Assembly: GCA_964389675.1 (NCBI GenBank)
Contig: CAYMEV010000013.1
Span: forward strand, 1-64,000
Reading direction: 5' to 3'
Length of the DNA: 64,000 nucleotides
From: an uncultured Candidatus Sumerlaeota bacterium
GTDB lineage: Bacteria; CAYMEV01
Shown: positions 19,604 to 28,821 of the stretch, piece by piece
Layout of the letters: the number at the start of each line of letters is the position of its first letter
Position numbering within the stretch: the stretch's first letter is position 1
Program-made: the position numbers and the translations under genes
Notes under the pieces: generated by a model
Database searches by the model: none
The model's input: only the letters and a program-made list of their open reading frames with translations
What the model was told of the DNA's origin: nothing

Positions 19604-20365
19604 ATGACAGAACATCCGTTTATTGAAATCTCGAATCTTAATCTGTATATAGGAAATGACAGGATACTTGAGGATATAAGCATAAAGATACCTGGCAACA
19701 GGATAACGGCAATAATAGGACCTTCAGGCTGCGGGAAGACAAGCCTGCTGAAGTGTTTCAACAGGCTTGTTGATACAATTGAGGGTTCCCGGGTTACCGG
19801 CAGAATACTGGTGGATAATGAAGACATATTTGACAGTAAAGCAGATATATCTGAGATAAGAAGGAAAATGGGGCTTCTTCTGCAGAAGCCGTATCCTCTG
19901 CCAATGTCAATATTTGATAATGTTGCATACGGGCCAAAGATCAATGGGATGAAAGACAAAAAAAGGCTGAGTGAGATAGTGGAGCACCAGTTGAAGCAGG
20001 TTGGCTTGTGGGAAGAGGTAAAAGGGAAACTGCAATCACCTGCCGCAGCGCTTTCTGTAGGCCAGCAGCAGAGATTATGCCTTGCAAGGGGCCTCGCTGT
20101 CGAACCGGAGATAATCCTGGCAGATGAATCCACATCAGCTCTCGATCCTATCTCAAGCGCACGTATAGAATCAAGGTTCGCAGCACTGAAAGAAAAATAT
20201 ACAATTATAATGGTTACTCATATACTCAGGCAGGCAAAAAGGCTCGCGGATTATGTGATCTTCATGTATTACGGGAAAGCCCTGGAAGCTGGCCCTGCAA
20301 AAGAGATCTTCGAAAATCCCAGAAATGAAATCACAAGGCAGTATATAAACGGAGTCATAAGCTGA
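19604..20365 (+). CDS. pstB: PstB-like ABC ATPase
   Basis: GPSGCGKT, QKPYP.PMSIFDNVAYG, LSVGQQQRLC, DESTSALDPIS, VTH. Confidence 0.9.
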   Translation: MTEHPFIEISNLNLYIGNDRILEDISIKIPGNRITAIIGPSGCGKTSLLKCFNRLVDTIEGSRVTGRILVDNEDIFDSKADISEIRRKMGLLLQKPYPLPMSIFDNVAYGPKINGMKDKKRLSEIVEHQLKQVGLWEEVKGKLQSPAAALSVGQQQRLCLARGLAVEPEIILADESTSALDPISSARIESRFAALKEKYTIIMVTHILRQAKRLADYVIFMYYGKALEAGPAKEIFENPRNEITRQYINGVIS

Positions 20366-20477
20366 GTTTCACAAAAATTGTGTGATTTCTGTCAGACGCC
20401 TTGCCTTTCAGGTATATATAATCGTCTGCTTTCAAATATTTACTGATGAATCTGCACCCTGTCAGGGAGCCTATAAA

Positions 20478-21971
20478 TTATGGAATTTTTGAGTTTTTTG
20501 ACCTGCCTCTGTAAAATCTTCTTCTGGTACCCTTTTTATCACCGATGCCCTTATTTATCCTGTAGCCGGGTGAAAGGAGGCCGACCTTTCTGAAATAGAC
20601 CATAAGGACCAGTGTGATTACCGCCATCAGTATGAGTACGAATGGATATCCGTAAACCCAGTAAAGCTCAGGCATATTCCACCAGGAGCGGATAATAAAA
20701 GCAGGATCCCTGAATGCCTGGAAGTTCATCCCATAGATGCCGGCAATTAGTGTCAAAGGAAGAAAAATTACGGAAAATACCGTAAGTACCCGCATGGCTT
20801 CATTTATCCTGAAGGTTGCTTTTTCACTCAGGGTGCTTGCAAGAGCACGAATATTATTTATCTCTTCCCCAAGTGTGCGGATTGACCTTTCAGTCCTTGA
20901 AAGGCGCTGGTCCAGGTTGTCAAAAAGGCCCCTGATATACCCGTATTGCTCGATATTGAAGTTTTCTGCTGTTTTGGCTATATCACTGCTTTTGATCCAT
21001 GAATCTATTGCTTCTTTATCCCTTGTCAGGCTTTCCGGAACAGATATAAGAAGTACCTGCTCTGCGCTGAGTTCGCTCAGCCGGAGCTGGACATGCATAA
21101 TTTCTTCACTGTCCTGCCTGCGTATTATTTTTTCCTGGTCATTAAGGCAGTCCCAGGACCAGGAAATCCATCCCTGAAGATTGGATGTGAACATGATTAT
21201 ACAGTTCATCATGCTGTAGCCCACCAGGAAGTTCTCCAGCGGTGCTGAATCAGCAGATATCAGCAGCATGCCGTGCTCTCCTGTTATTATGAATTCATCT
21301 TTGCATAATGTATTGGCACTGATAATGTCAAGATGGCCAAGAACCTGGGTAAGCTCAGCAGAATAGCCATCATCAGAAAGGGCATCGTTCATGCTTAAGC
21401 TTTTCCCTCCGCTATTTTCAAGTTTTTCCGCAATTATCACCAGAGACTTGTCACGGTGAAGGCTCTCGTGGCAGAAGACAATATCCAGCAATTTACGCTG
21501 ATAGGAATTGAACAGGGTATTCATGACCTTGCTGGAATCAACGATTAGGTCAGCAATTATGTGGGAGATATCATCAAGGCTCTGCCTTCCCTCAAGTTCA
21601 ATACCATAGCTTATCTTCCCGTCACTGGATATTTCAATTCCAATAATCTCACTCTGCAGGTCGCCTCCCGTCTCAGCAATGTCAACATTGCTTTCCAGCC
21701 TGATGTATTCCATGTGTTTATAATCAATGACACGCATGCTGATCTCCGTTTTCCCCGACTCTATAACTGCAGCATTAGGAAGCTGGTCTATCTCTTTTGT
21801 TATGTAAAAATTCCTGCCTGAAGATGTTCCCTTAACACCAGGCTTGTATGCGGATTGATGACAGCGAAGCTTTTTCTGAAGAGTGTAAATAAAATGAGCG
21901 CCTATGGGTACCCATTCTGTCAGGACTATCCTGACTTTCCCGTTTAAAAATGCCAGGTTTTTGCTATCCAT
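20478..21971 (-). CDS. CorA-family divalent cation transporter with an atypical, long N-terminal region
   Basis: C-terminal INEAMRVLT...PLTLIAGIYGMNF...MPEL.W.YGY with two TM helices; start at MDSK behind GGAGG. Confidence 0.8.
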   Translation of the reverse strand: MDSKNLAFLNGKVRIVLTEWVPIGAHFIYTLQKKLRCHQSAYKPGVKGTSSGRNFYITKEIDQLPNAAVIESGKTEISMRVIDYKHMEYIRLESNVDIAETGGDLQSEIIGIEISSDGKISYGIELEGRQSLDDISHIIADLIVDSSKVMNTLFNSYQRKLLDIVFCHESLHRDKSLVIIAEKLENSGGKSLSMNDALSDDGYSAELTQVLGHLDIISANTLCKDEFIITGEHGMLLISADSAPLENFLVGYSMMNCIIMFTSNLQGWISWSWDCLNDQEKIIRRQDSEEIMHVQLRLSELSAEQVLLISVPESLTRDKEAIDSWIKSSDIAKTAENFNIEQYGYIRGLFDNLDQRLSRTERSIRTLGEEINNIRALASTLSEKATFRINEAMRVLTVFSVIFLPLTLIAGIYGMNFQAFRDPAFIIRSWWNMPELYWVYGYPFVLILMAVITLVLMVYFRKVGLLSPGYRINKGIGDKKGTRRRFYRGRSKNSKIP

Positions 21972-22599
21972 TATGTGACCCTCCAAAAAAATAGGGTTTG
22001 CATTTATATTCAACACTGCCTATTGAGAAGAAATCCTCTATGATAAATTCTTCCATATGGCCAGCCTTGAACCAGAGGTCATTCTCAAGATGACTGCCTT
22101 TTGAATAACAGTTGCAGGCTTTGGTAATAATCAGGTGAACTGACGGGTAATCCTTGCGCCCGACAGCAAAATCCATCAGCTTGCCGCATTTTGGACATTT
22201 TAGAATTTTGTCCAGTTTTTTTAATTCATCTTCTGATAGGATCTTTAATTTCTGAATAAGGTCCATACCCTTGTCTGATATACGTGTTGCCGTCATTGAT
22301 GCATAATAACGGGTATTTAATATTATGCGCTCTATCAGTTTATTCCTGAAAAGTACCTCCGAATCACGGACGGCTTCCTGGCTGACCAGAGCGAACATCT
22401 TTATGCCCCGGAAGTCTATTATGCTTGGTGCGAGGTCGTAATTCTCAAAAAGGCCAGCTCTAACGCATAAATGAACTATAATGCTGATATTAAAGTCTTT
22501 CAGCCAGGGCCTCGCATTGCAACCGGTATAAAGGCTGACCAGAAATAGAAGCCTTAAGGCATCTCTTGAAAAGGGATATTCCTGCTGGTCTGATTTCAT
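21964..22599 (-). CDS. Uncharacterised cytoplasmic protein with a Cys-rich, Zn-ribbon-like C-terminus; translationally coupled to the CorA-like gene
   Basis: AAAGGAG RBS before MKSDQ (22599); CPKC...CNC; stop overlaps the CorA start. Confidence 0.75.
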   Translation of the reverse strand: MKSDQQEYPFSRDALRLLFLVSLYTGCNARPWLKDFNISIIVHLCVRAGLFENYDLAPSIIDFRGIKMFALVSQEAVRDSEVLFRNKLIERIILNTRYYASMTATRISDKGMDLIQKLKILSEDELKKLDKILKCPKCGKLMDFAVGRKDYPSVHLIITKACNCYSKGSHLENDLWFKAGHMEEFIIEDFFSIGSVEYKCKPYFFGGSHNG

Positions 22600-22652
22600 G
22601 ATTCTCTCCTTTATCTCATGCATTTTGCAGAAAATTATAACAGCTTTATATT

Positions 22653-22895
22653 TTATATATGCTTTATCTTTTCCTGTTTGATATAGGGCTGTATTTTCCT
22701 TAATGAAGGATTGGGACTGCCTTTTATCAGGATTGCCATAATCATCAGAACAGCAAATATTATGAATAGAATGGAGTAGAAGCCGAGTTTTTTTCTTTTT
22801 CCCTTCAGGTAAAATCCGCAATAGGGGCAGTTCCGCTGATCGCCAAGTATATAACCCCTGCACTCAGGGCAGATCTTTGACAGCTGATCATTCAT
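22653..22895 (-). CDS. Small Zn-ribbon membrane protein
   Basis: CPEC...CPYC followed by a basic patch and one TM helix; overlaps the upstream stop. Confidence 0.7.
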   Translation of the reverse strand: MNDQLSKICPECRGYILGDQRNCPYCGFYLKGKRKKLGFYSILFIIFAVLMIMAILIKGSPNPSLRKIQPYIKQEKIKHI

Positions 22896-23847
22896 CAGTC
22901 AGCTCCTTAACCATGAACATCTGCGTTTCTACTTCATCAAAGCCCTCTTTCTGATACCATGAACAGGCATTCCTGTTACTGGATGCAACATCAAGCAAAA
23001 TTCTTCTTTTACCCAGTTTCTGGGTAAATTCATATATGTTTTCAATCAGTATTTTTCCCAGGCCCCTTTTCTGAAAAGCATTATCAACGGCAATTGCAAG
23101 AAGATAGACCGTATCATCGTTCATGTATCTGCTGTGATAGTATTTCCTAAAATATTCATTATCATAAAAAAGCCAGTAGAAGCCAATTATCTTATCCTTA
23201 TGCTCCAGTACTCTTGCGGTATTGTTTTTTCTGAAGAGCATGTCAAAATCAGAGTCCCTCAATCCCTGCTTCTCTACCAGCCCCTTCTGGTTCAGCGTCG
23301 AGTCGTTTATCATTTTTATAGGCTTTATATCTTCCTTCCTGCAGTTCCTGATTATGAAAAGCCCTTCCTTCAGTTTCATCTCTTTTGAATAATCATCCTG
23401 CCCGTTTCTGAACCTTCCTTTTGCTGCTTCATTTGCAAGCCTGTCCACCATTATGTTAAGCGGGTCATCACTGTGAGCTTTGACCTTTACCCACATAATG
23501 TCGTGCTTTTTGGCCAGGGCTGAAAGCTTTTCCCATAGATCCCTGTTCTTAACAGGATTTCCTGTGCTGTTCCGGTAGCTGTTTTTTTCCCAGCTGTAGA
23601 GCCATTTCTTCATGAATGCATTATAAATATACTCGCTGTCAGTGTGAATGGTAAGGGGAAGAGGCTTTTTGATCGACTCAAGAGCTTTAATGACAGCTGT
23701 GAGCTCCATTCTGTTGTTCGTGGTTTCTTTCTCGCTTCCTGATGCATTCAGCTCCTTATCCCTGTATTCCAGATGATAGGCCCAGCCTCCCGGCCCCGGG
23801 TTTTTAAGGCATGAACCGTCAGTATAGATTATTATTCTATCTTCCAT
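22888..23847 (-). CDS. rnhA: Ribonuclease HI fused to a C-terminal GNAT acetyltransferase
   Basis: YTDGSC..NPGPGGW, TTNNRMEL, TDSEY, WVKVKAH, VDRLA; then IAVDNAFQKRGLGK and N..A..WY.K.GF. Confidence 0.88.
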   Translation of the reverse strand: MEDRIIIYTDGSCLKNPGPGGWAYHLEYRDKELNASGSEKETTNNRMELTAVIKALESIKKPLPLTIHTDSEYIYNAFMKKWLYSWEKNSYRNSTGNPVKNRDLWEKLSALAKKHDIMWVKVKAHSDDPLNIMVDRLANEAAKGRFRNGQDDYSKEMKLKEGLFIIRNCRKEDIKPIKMINDSTLNQKGLVEKQGLRDSDFDMLFRKNNTARVLEHKDKIIGFYWLFYDNEYFRKYYHSRYMNDDTVYLLAIAVDNAFQKRGLGKILIENIYEFTQKLGKRRILLDVASSNRNACSWYQKEGFDEVETQMFMVKELTDE

Positions 23848-24079
23848 AAAACAAATATATACATAAAATGTTAAATATTAAAGAATAAAATAATTGCCTG
23901 CAGAGATCAAAAAAGGGGCTTGAAATTATAATTATAAGGTGTTTTGTTTCATTATTTTTGACTTTTTATGCCATGGGTCATTATAATATCTACCAGGTCA
24001 GATATGAGCAGAATAGAATTTTCAGCAGGTAAATTGGACTCTATTTATTATAGAATAAAGACCAGAGGAGTATACATAA

Positions 24080-26059
24080 ATGCAGAGGATATTGATTATT
24101 GCTTTAATTGCATTATTTTGTTTTTCTGTCAGCGCGCAGACTTCCATAGAACCCGGAGGTTCAGGGACAGAAGATGACCCCTACAGGATTTCAAACCTCA
24201 ATGAGCTTTACTGGATAGCAGAGAAACCGGAAAGGTGGGTTTTCAGCTATGTTCAGACAGCTGACATTGATGCAGGGCAGACAAATTCCTGGTTTAATAA
24301 CGGGGATAAAGCCAAAAGCCAGGGCTGGAAGCCCATAGGAAATCATGATTTTATGTTTACAGGCTCATATGACGGGCTTGGGCATAAAATAGATAATCTT
24401 TACATCAACAGGCCCGGGGAGGATAATATCGGCCTTTTTGGCTATATTCTCAACCCTGCAGTGGTAGCAAATATTGCTCTTACAAATGCGGATATAACAG
24501 GCGGCAGATGTGTAGGTGCCGTTGCAGGAAGGGCAAGGTCAGTACCTTCCATTTCTGGCTGTCACTGTACCGGTTCTGTAAAGGGAGATCGCCTGGTGGG
24601 AGGCATTGTGGGATATGCTACATACACCCATATTGACAGAAGCTATAATGAAAGCAGTGTCAGCGGGATATACGATACAGGGGGCCTTGCGGGTGAGATT
24701 CTATCTTCAACTGTATCATACTGCTATAATACCGGTTCAGTTACCTCCTCAGAAAGCAGAGCAGGGGGGCTGACAGGGACTGCTGACGGTTCAACCTTTA
24801 CATACTGCTACAATGCAGGAAAAGTAAAGAGCAAAAAAGACAGAGGCGGGCTTGTCGGCCAGCCTTACTGGTCAGATATTGCAAGCTCCTACTGGGATAT
24901 TGGTATAACAGAAATAGAAACAGGCCAGGGGGGTGAAGGCAGGCGCACTGAGGAAATGGTATACCCTTATTCAAAAAACTCATATGAGGGATGGGATTTT
25001 GAATGGACCTGGACTGCAGACATTCAGAAAAAGAATAAAGGTTATCCGTTCCTCTCCCTTACTAAAGAAAAAAACATAGAGTTCAGGATAAAGGATATAA
25101 ACGGCTCAGGCATTCCTGGAGCACGCATAAGCATATACGACCCTGAAAAAAAGGTTAAGCTGGCACTGGATACTGATGAAGAGGGGGCTGTTTCTGCTGC
25201 ACTTCCTGATGGAGAATTCCAGTATTCTGTCAGCTGCAGGTGTTATGGCAGTATTACTGAAAACATACTTTCAATACCGGAAGATAGAATTAAAGAGCAT
25301 ACTCTTACCCGGTCAGAATACAGGGTGACAATAAGCATTGACAATATAGATACCTACCTTATGGAAGGAATTAATTTACGTGTATTGAATGAAAAAGACC
25401 CTGATGCCCTTATTTCCGACAGCGAAACAGATGGGGAAGGGAGAAGCATATTCATGCTCCCATGCGGAGAATACAGGCTTGAAGTAAAGGATAGTTCAGG
25501 ATGTAATAAGGAATATTCGGACACCTTTTCAGTTATTGGTTCTGATGTGAATTTAAGCCTGAACCTTTCAGCGGTAGCTTTTGATGCTGTCTTTACCCTG
25601 TCTGATGAATATCGTGAACCTGTTAACGGAGCGAAGATTATCATCTTTAAAGAGGATTTGAAGGATATCCCGCTTCATGTCATATATTCAGCAAACGGCA
25701 CTGCCGGCATATCCCTGCCATGCGGCAGCTATTCATATTCAATTACACACCGTTATTATGAAACTGTTAATGGGAATATTACCATAGGCGAAGGAAGCGG
25801 GGAACAGGCAAAAAGAAAAAGCATTATCAACAGCAGGAAACAGAAAAAATCCTACAGTATTAACCATACCATGGTAATTAAGCCTTCTTCCGGCAGGGAC
25901 GATTCTGATACCGGTGAGGACTGGGGAATTCCAGAGGAGACCAGAAGCGAGAGCAGGCCTTCTCCTGAGAGGCCGAGGCAGCCTGATGACTATCAGGTTG
26001 AGAGGTACTCTGTCGATGATCTGAGGCCTGAGACAGGCACATATACAGGAACCAGATAG
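24080..26059 (+). CDS. Secreted protein with GLUG-motif beta-helix repeats and three carboxypeptidase-regulatory-like beta-sandwich repeats
   Basis: AGGAG RBS; signal peptide; GSGTEDDPYRI, FTGSYDG.GH.I.NL, repeated VGG.VG; N.GYP.L; TD.EG repeats. Confidence 0.75.
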   Translation: MQRILIIALIALFCFSVSAQTSIEPGGSGTEDDPYRISNLNELYWIAEKPERWVFSYVQTADIDAGQTNSWFNNGDKAKSQGWKPIGNHDFMFTGSYDGLGHKIDNLYINRPGEDNIGLFGYILNPAVVANIALTNADITGGRCVGAVAGRARSVPSISGCHCTGSVKGDRLVGGIVGYATYTHIDRSYNESSVSGIYDTGGLAGEILSSTVSYCYNTGSVTSSESRAGGLTGTADGSTFTYCYNAGKVKSKKDRGGLVGQPYWSDIASSYWDIGITEIETGQGGEGRRTEEMVYPYSKNSYEGWDFEWTWTADIQKKNKGYPFLSLTKEKNIEFRIKDINGSGIPGARISIYDPEKKVKLALDTDEEGAVSAALPDGEFQYSVSCRCYGSITENILSIPEDRIKEHTLTRSEYRVTISIDNIDTYLMEGINLRVLNEKDPDALISDSETDGEGRSIFMLPCGEYRLEVKDSSGCNKEYSDTFSVIGSDVNLSLNLSAVAFDAVFTLSDEYREPVNGAKIIIFKEDLKDIPLHVIYSANGTAGISLPCGSYSYSITHRYYETVNGNITIGEGSGEQAKRKSIINSRKQKKSYSINHTMVIKPSSGRDDSDTGEDWGIPEETRSESRPSPERPRQPDDYQVERYSVDDLRPETGTYTGTR

Positions 26060-26234
26060 GAAATATTTTTTTATGTCCGCCTTCAATGTTTTTATCCAGG
26101 CTGTCTTAAATCAGCCTTGAATATTATTATTTGAATTATATTATTATAATTACAGGAATGATATTTAAAGATTTAAGAATGAAAGCAGGATTGATAAAGA
26201 AATATAAAAATCCAGAACTAAAAGGAGTTGAAAA

Positions 26235-26531
26235 ATGAAGACCTTTATTCTAATGACCAAACTGTCGCCGGAGATTTCAAAACGAATGAAAGAGAGAAAA
26301 GAGATAGGAAGAATGTGGCTCGATGAGGTCAGCGAGAAATGTCCTGAAGTCAAGTTCATTGCCCATTATGCTCTTCTGGGTTCATTTGATTTTATGGACA
26401 TATATGAAGCACCTGATGAAGAAAGTGCGGCAAAAGTCTCCATGATAAGCCTCCAGAACGGGGCATTATGTTCTGAAAGCTGGTTTGCCATACCTTATAA
26501 CAGGTTTCTTAAACTGACCAATGAGATCTGA
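26235..26531 (+). CDS. GYD domain protein
   Basis: HYALLGSFDFMDIYEAPDEE; 98 aa; AAGGAG RBS. Confidence 0.8.
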   Translation: MKTFILMTKLSPEISKRMKERKEIGRMWLDEVSEKCPEVKFIAHYALLGSFDFMDIYEAPDEESAAKVSMISLQNGALCSESWFAIPYNRFLKLTNEI

Positions 26532-26749
26532 TATTTTGATGATACTTTAGTTTTTTCTGGTTTTATCAGGCCTTTTCATAATGACTGGTATATGATATTT
26601 CAAATTTACTCTGAACCTGTATAAACCGGCCTGGGAAAAGTACCTTTCAGCTGTATTATTTAATATGGTTTTTTTCCAGTTCAGTAAAACAAAGGGCTAT
26701 TTATTATCGTATAGATCTTATATAATATATAAATAGTTGAGAGAATGGA

Positions 26750-27034
26750 ATGATTATAATAATTATTGTTTCAGGTGATCTTCAGGAGCTTTTAATAAAC
26801 AATCTGAGAAAGCAAAAAAGCATTCATTTTACGTTCTTCAGCCCTGTTTTTGGCAAAGGCAGCAGCGGTATCAGGTTTGGGAAAGATTTTGCGCCAGGTG
26901 AAAACTCACTTTTTCTCATAGATACTTCTGACAGTGATGAGATTGCTGCAGTAAGAACAATAGTCGATGAAATAAGGGAGAAAAAGAAGCCAAAACAGGG
27001 TGTTCATGCCATATTTATGCCCTTCACGGGATAA
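26750..27034 (+). CDS. PII/GlnB-like small protein
   Basis: FT....VFGKGSSG.R.G....PG.N pattern; 94 aa. Confidence 0.6.
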   Translation: MIIIIIVSGDLQELLINNLRKQKSIHFTFFSPVFGKGSSGIRFGKDFAPGENSLFLIDTSDSDEIAAVRTIVDEIREKKKPKQGVHAIFMPFTG

Positions 27035-27670
27035 TTATCTTTTTCTTTCATTTCCCCAGAGGATTTTGTGAAGCTGAACCTGCAGCCTAACAGGAATATT
27101 ATCGTTTATGACCCATTCTGCGAGAGTTTTTGGATCAAGGCAGGGAATTGCCGGACTGAATATTACTTCCCCTCTGAAGCAGGACAGGTGGCTGTTAATG
27201 AATGATTTTGCATATTCATAGTCCTGTAATGAAGATATGACAAATTTTATTTCATCTGAATCTCTCAGGCGATCCAGGTTATCAGTCAGGAAAGAACCTG
27301 ATTCACCGCTTCCGGGGCATTTTACATCAATAATTCTTTTCTGGGCACGGCTGATTGAACTTATATCAAGGCTGCCGTTTGTTTCAACAGATACGGAGTA
27401 TTCAAGAAATGTTAGCCTTTCGATCAGGTCACACAGGTCAGCCTGCAGGAGGGGTTCTCCTCCTGTAATAAGTATATTTTTTAATTTATGGGATGAGAGG
27501 ATCTCAATAATCCTGTCTATGCTGAAGACTTCAGGTTTTCCTTCCCTTGCAAACTCAGTATCGCAGAAAGAGCAGTTCAGATTACAGCCCCATGTCCGGA
27601 GTATAATTACAGGATAGCCCTGCATGGATGATTCGCCGTTGATACTTTTGTAGATCTCACATATATTCAA
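27035..27670 (-). CDS. queE: 7-carboxy-7-deazaguanine synthase (radical SAM)
   Basis: EIYKSINGE, GCNLNCSFCDT, TGGEP, ETNG, LQVQLHK. Confidence 0.92.
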   Translation of the reverse strand: MNICEIYKSINGESSMQGYPVIILRTWGCNLNCSFCDTEFAREGKPEVFSIDRIIEILSSHKLKNILITGGEPLLQADLCDLIERLTFLEYSVSVETNGSLDISSISRAQKRIIDVKCPGSGESGSFLTDNLDRLRDSDEIKFVISSLQDYEYAKSFINSHLSCFRGEVIFSPAIPCLDPKTLAEWVINDNIPVRLQVQLHKILWGNERKR

Positions 27671-27688
27671 GACAGATGGCCCCGGTAA

Positions 27689-28231
27689 TCATACAAAGGA
27701 ATCCGGCTTGCTTCTGTAGATAAATGGAGCAATGATACTCATCAGATGCTCTGTATTGTCAATATCAGTTTCTGTAAAATCCCTTCCTGATTCCTCAAGG
27801 CTTGGCCCCCTCCTGCTGATCCACAGCACTGCAAGAACAGAATCACTGTATTTCACAGGGATGCTGATAAACTTCTGTATAGGCATGGGCTTTTTCTGGG
27901 CTGCCCTTGCCATCTCGTAGAATGACAGGCGGTATACCTTGGCTGCATTATTTGACATTACCGGCCTGCCCTTCTCAAAAACATCCTTTGTAACTGTTGC
28001 TTTGCTTATCGGGAATGAATTCCCTTTGCTAAGGAATGTGATAGGCAGTACAAATGAAGAGAACCTGTCTCTGTCCTTCATTATAAGGGCAATTTCATCG
28101 CTGTAGACAGAGAAAAGCTCTGCAAGGTAATCCCTCATTGCTGTGAGTACTGACTTAAAGAGCATATCCCTGTCATCTATGTGCTTCTGTTCGAGTGCCT
28201 TAAAGCTTTCTAACAGCTGTTTTAAGTTCAT
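27689..28231 (-). CDS. Stand-alone GAF-like protein
   Basis: PIQKFISIP...LAVLWISRRG....DFT..D. Confidence 0.6.
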   Translation of the reverse strand: MNLKQLLESFKALEQKHIDDRDMLFKSVLTAMRDYLAELFSVYSDEIALIMKDRDRFSSFVLPITFLSKGNSFPISKATVTKDVFEKGRPVMSNNAAKVYRLSFYEMARAAQKKPMPIQKFISIPVKYSDSVLAVLWISRRGPSLEESGRDFTETDIDNTEHLMSIIAPFIYRSKPDSFV

Positions 28232-28240
28232 TTTTTTCTC

Positions 28241-28810
28241 CTATTCAGGATTCTCCGGCTTTTCCTCTTTATCCTCTGTAATGACCTCAGGCTGCTTTTT
28301 GAAAATAAGCCCGGCTATAAGGCTTCCTACAGATGTAAAGATAATGGACATTATCAATGCTGTAAGCCCGTGTTTTATAATGGTCCCGATTGTCTGGTTC
28401 TTTGCCATTTCAATAGCTTCATTGAATTTTTCATTCATCTCAATAGCAGCTTCAGGAGGAAGATCCATCTTCTCAAAGAAGGCCATCATCTTTTCCATGA
28501 AGTGAACCTGCTGATTGAAGCCAAGAAGATACAGGATAATATCAATTATTTTTGAAACAAGCCCTATCACAAAACCAGTGATAACGCCGATAACAAGACT
28601 GTCCGAAAGCCTGAGGACATTGCTCCTTTTATTGAATAGATAAACCGCAATGAATCCGGCACCGAGGTATCCGAGGAAACAGCAGTTAATAAGGTTAATA
28701 TACGGGATGCCTATGATAATTCCAGCAACCAGTCCTGTCATGATACTTACATTTAAATGGACATTGCTGTAAGTAGAAGGATTCTGAATGTTCGGTAAAT
28801 TTTGATCCAT
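28241..28810 (-). CDS. Four-TM membrane protein (DUF4199/DUF5518-like)
   Basis: IPYINLINCC motif, Gly-rich TM helices, AAGGAG RBS. Confidence 0.65.
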   Translation of the reverse strand: MDQNLPNIQNPSTYSNVHLNVSIMTGLVAGIIIGIPYINLINCCFLGYLGAGFIAVYLFNKRSNVLRLSDSLVIGVITGFVIGLVSKIIDIILYLLGFNQQVHFMEKMMAFFEKMDLPPEAAIEMNEKFNEAIEMAKNQTIGTIIKHGLTALIMSIIFTSVGSLIAGLIFKKQPEVITEDKEEKPENPE

Positions 28811-28821
28811 ATTGTAACTCC

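Noticed and set aside
22600-22863. N-terminal 88 aa of the 299-aa ORF 21964..22863
   Set aside because: It overlaps the Zn-ribbon gene in another frame, and a strong RBS precedes the ATG at 22599.
27035-27670. queE as part of a 7-deazaguanine DNA-modification (dpd) defence island
   Set aside because: No dpdA, queC or queD paralogues are nearby; it fits ordinary queuosine synthesis.
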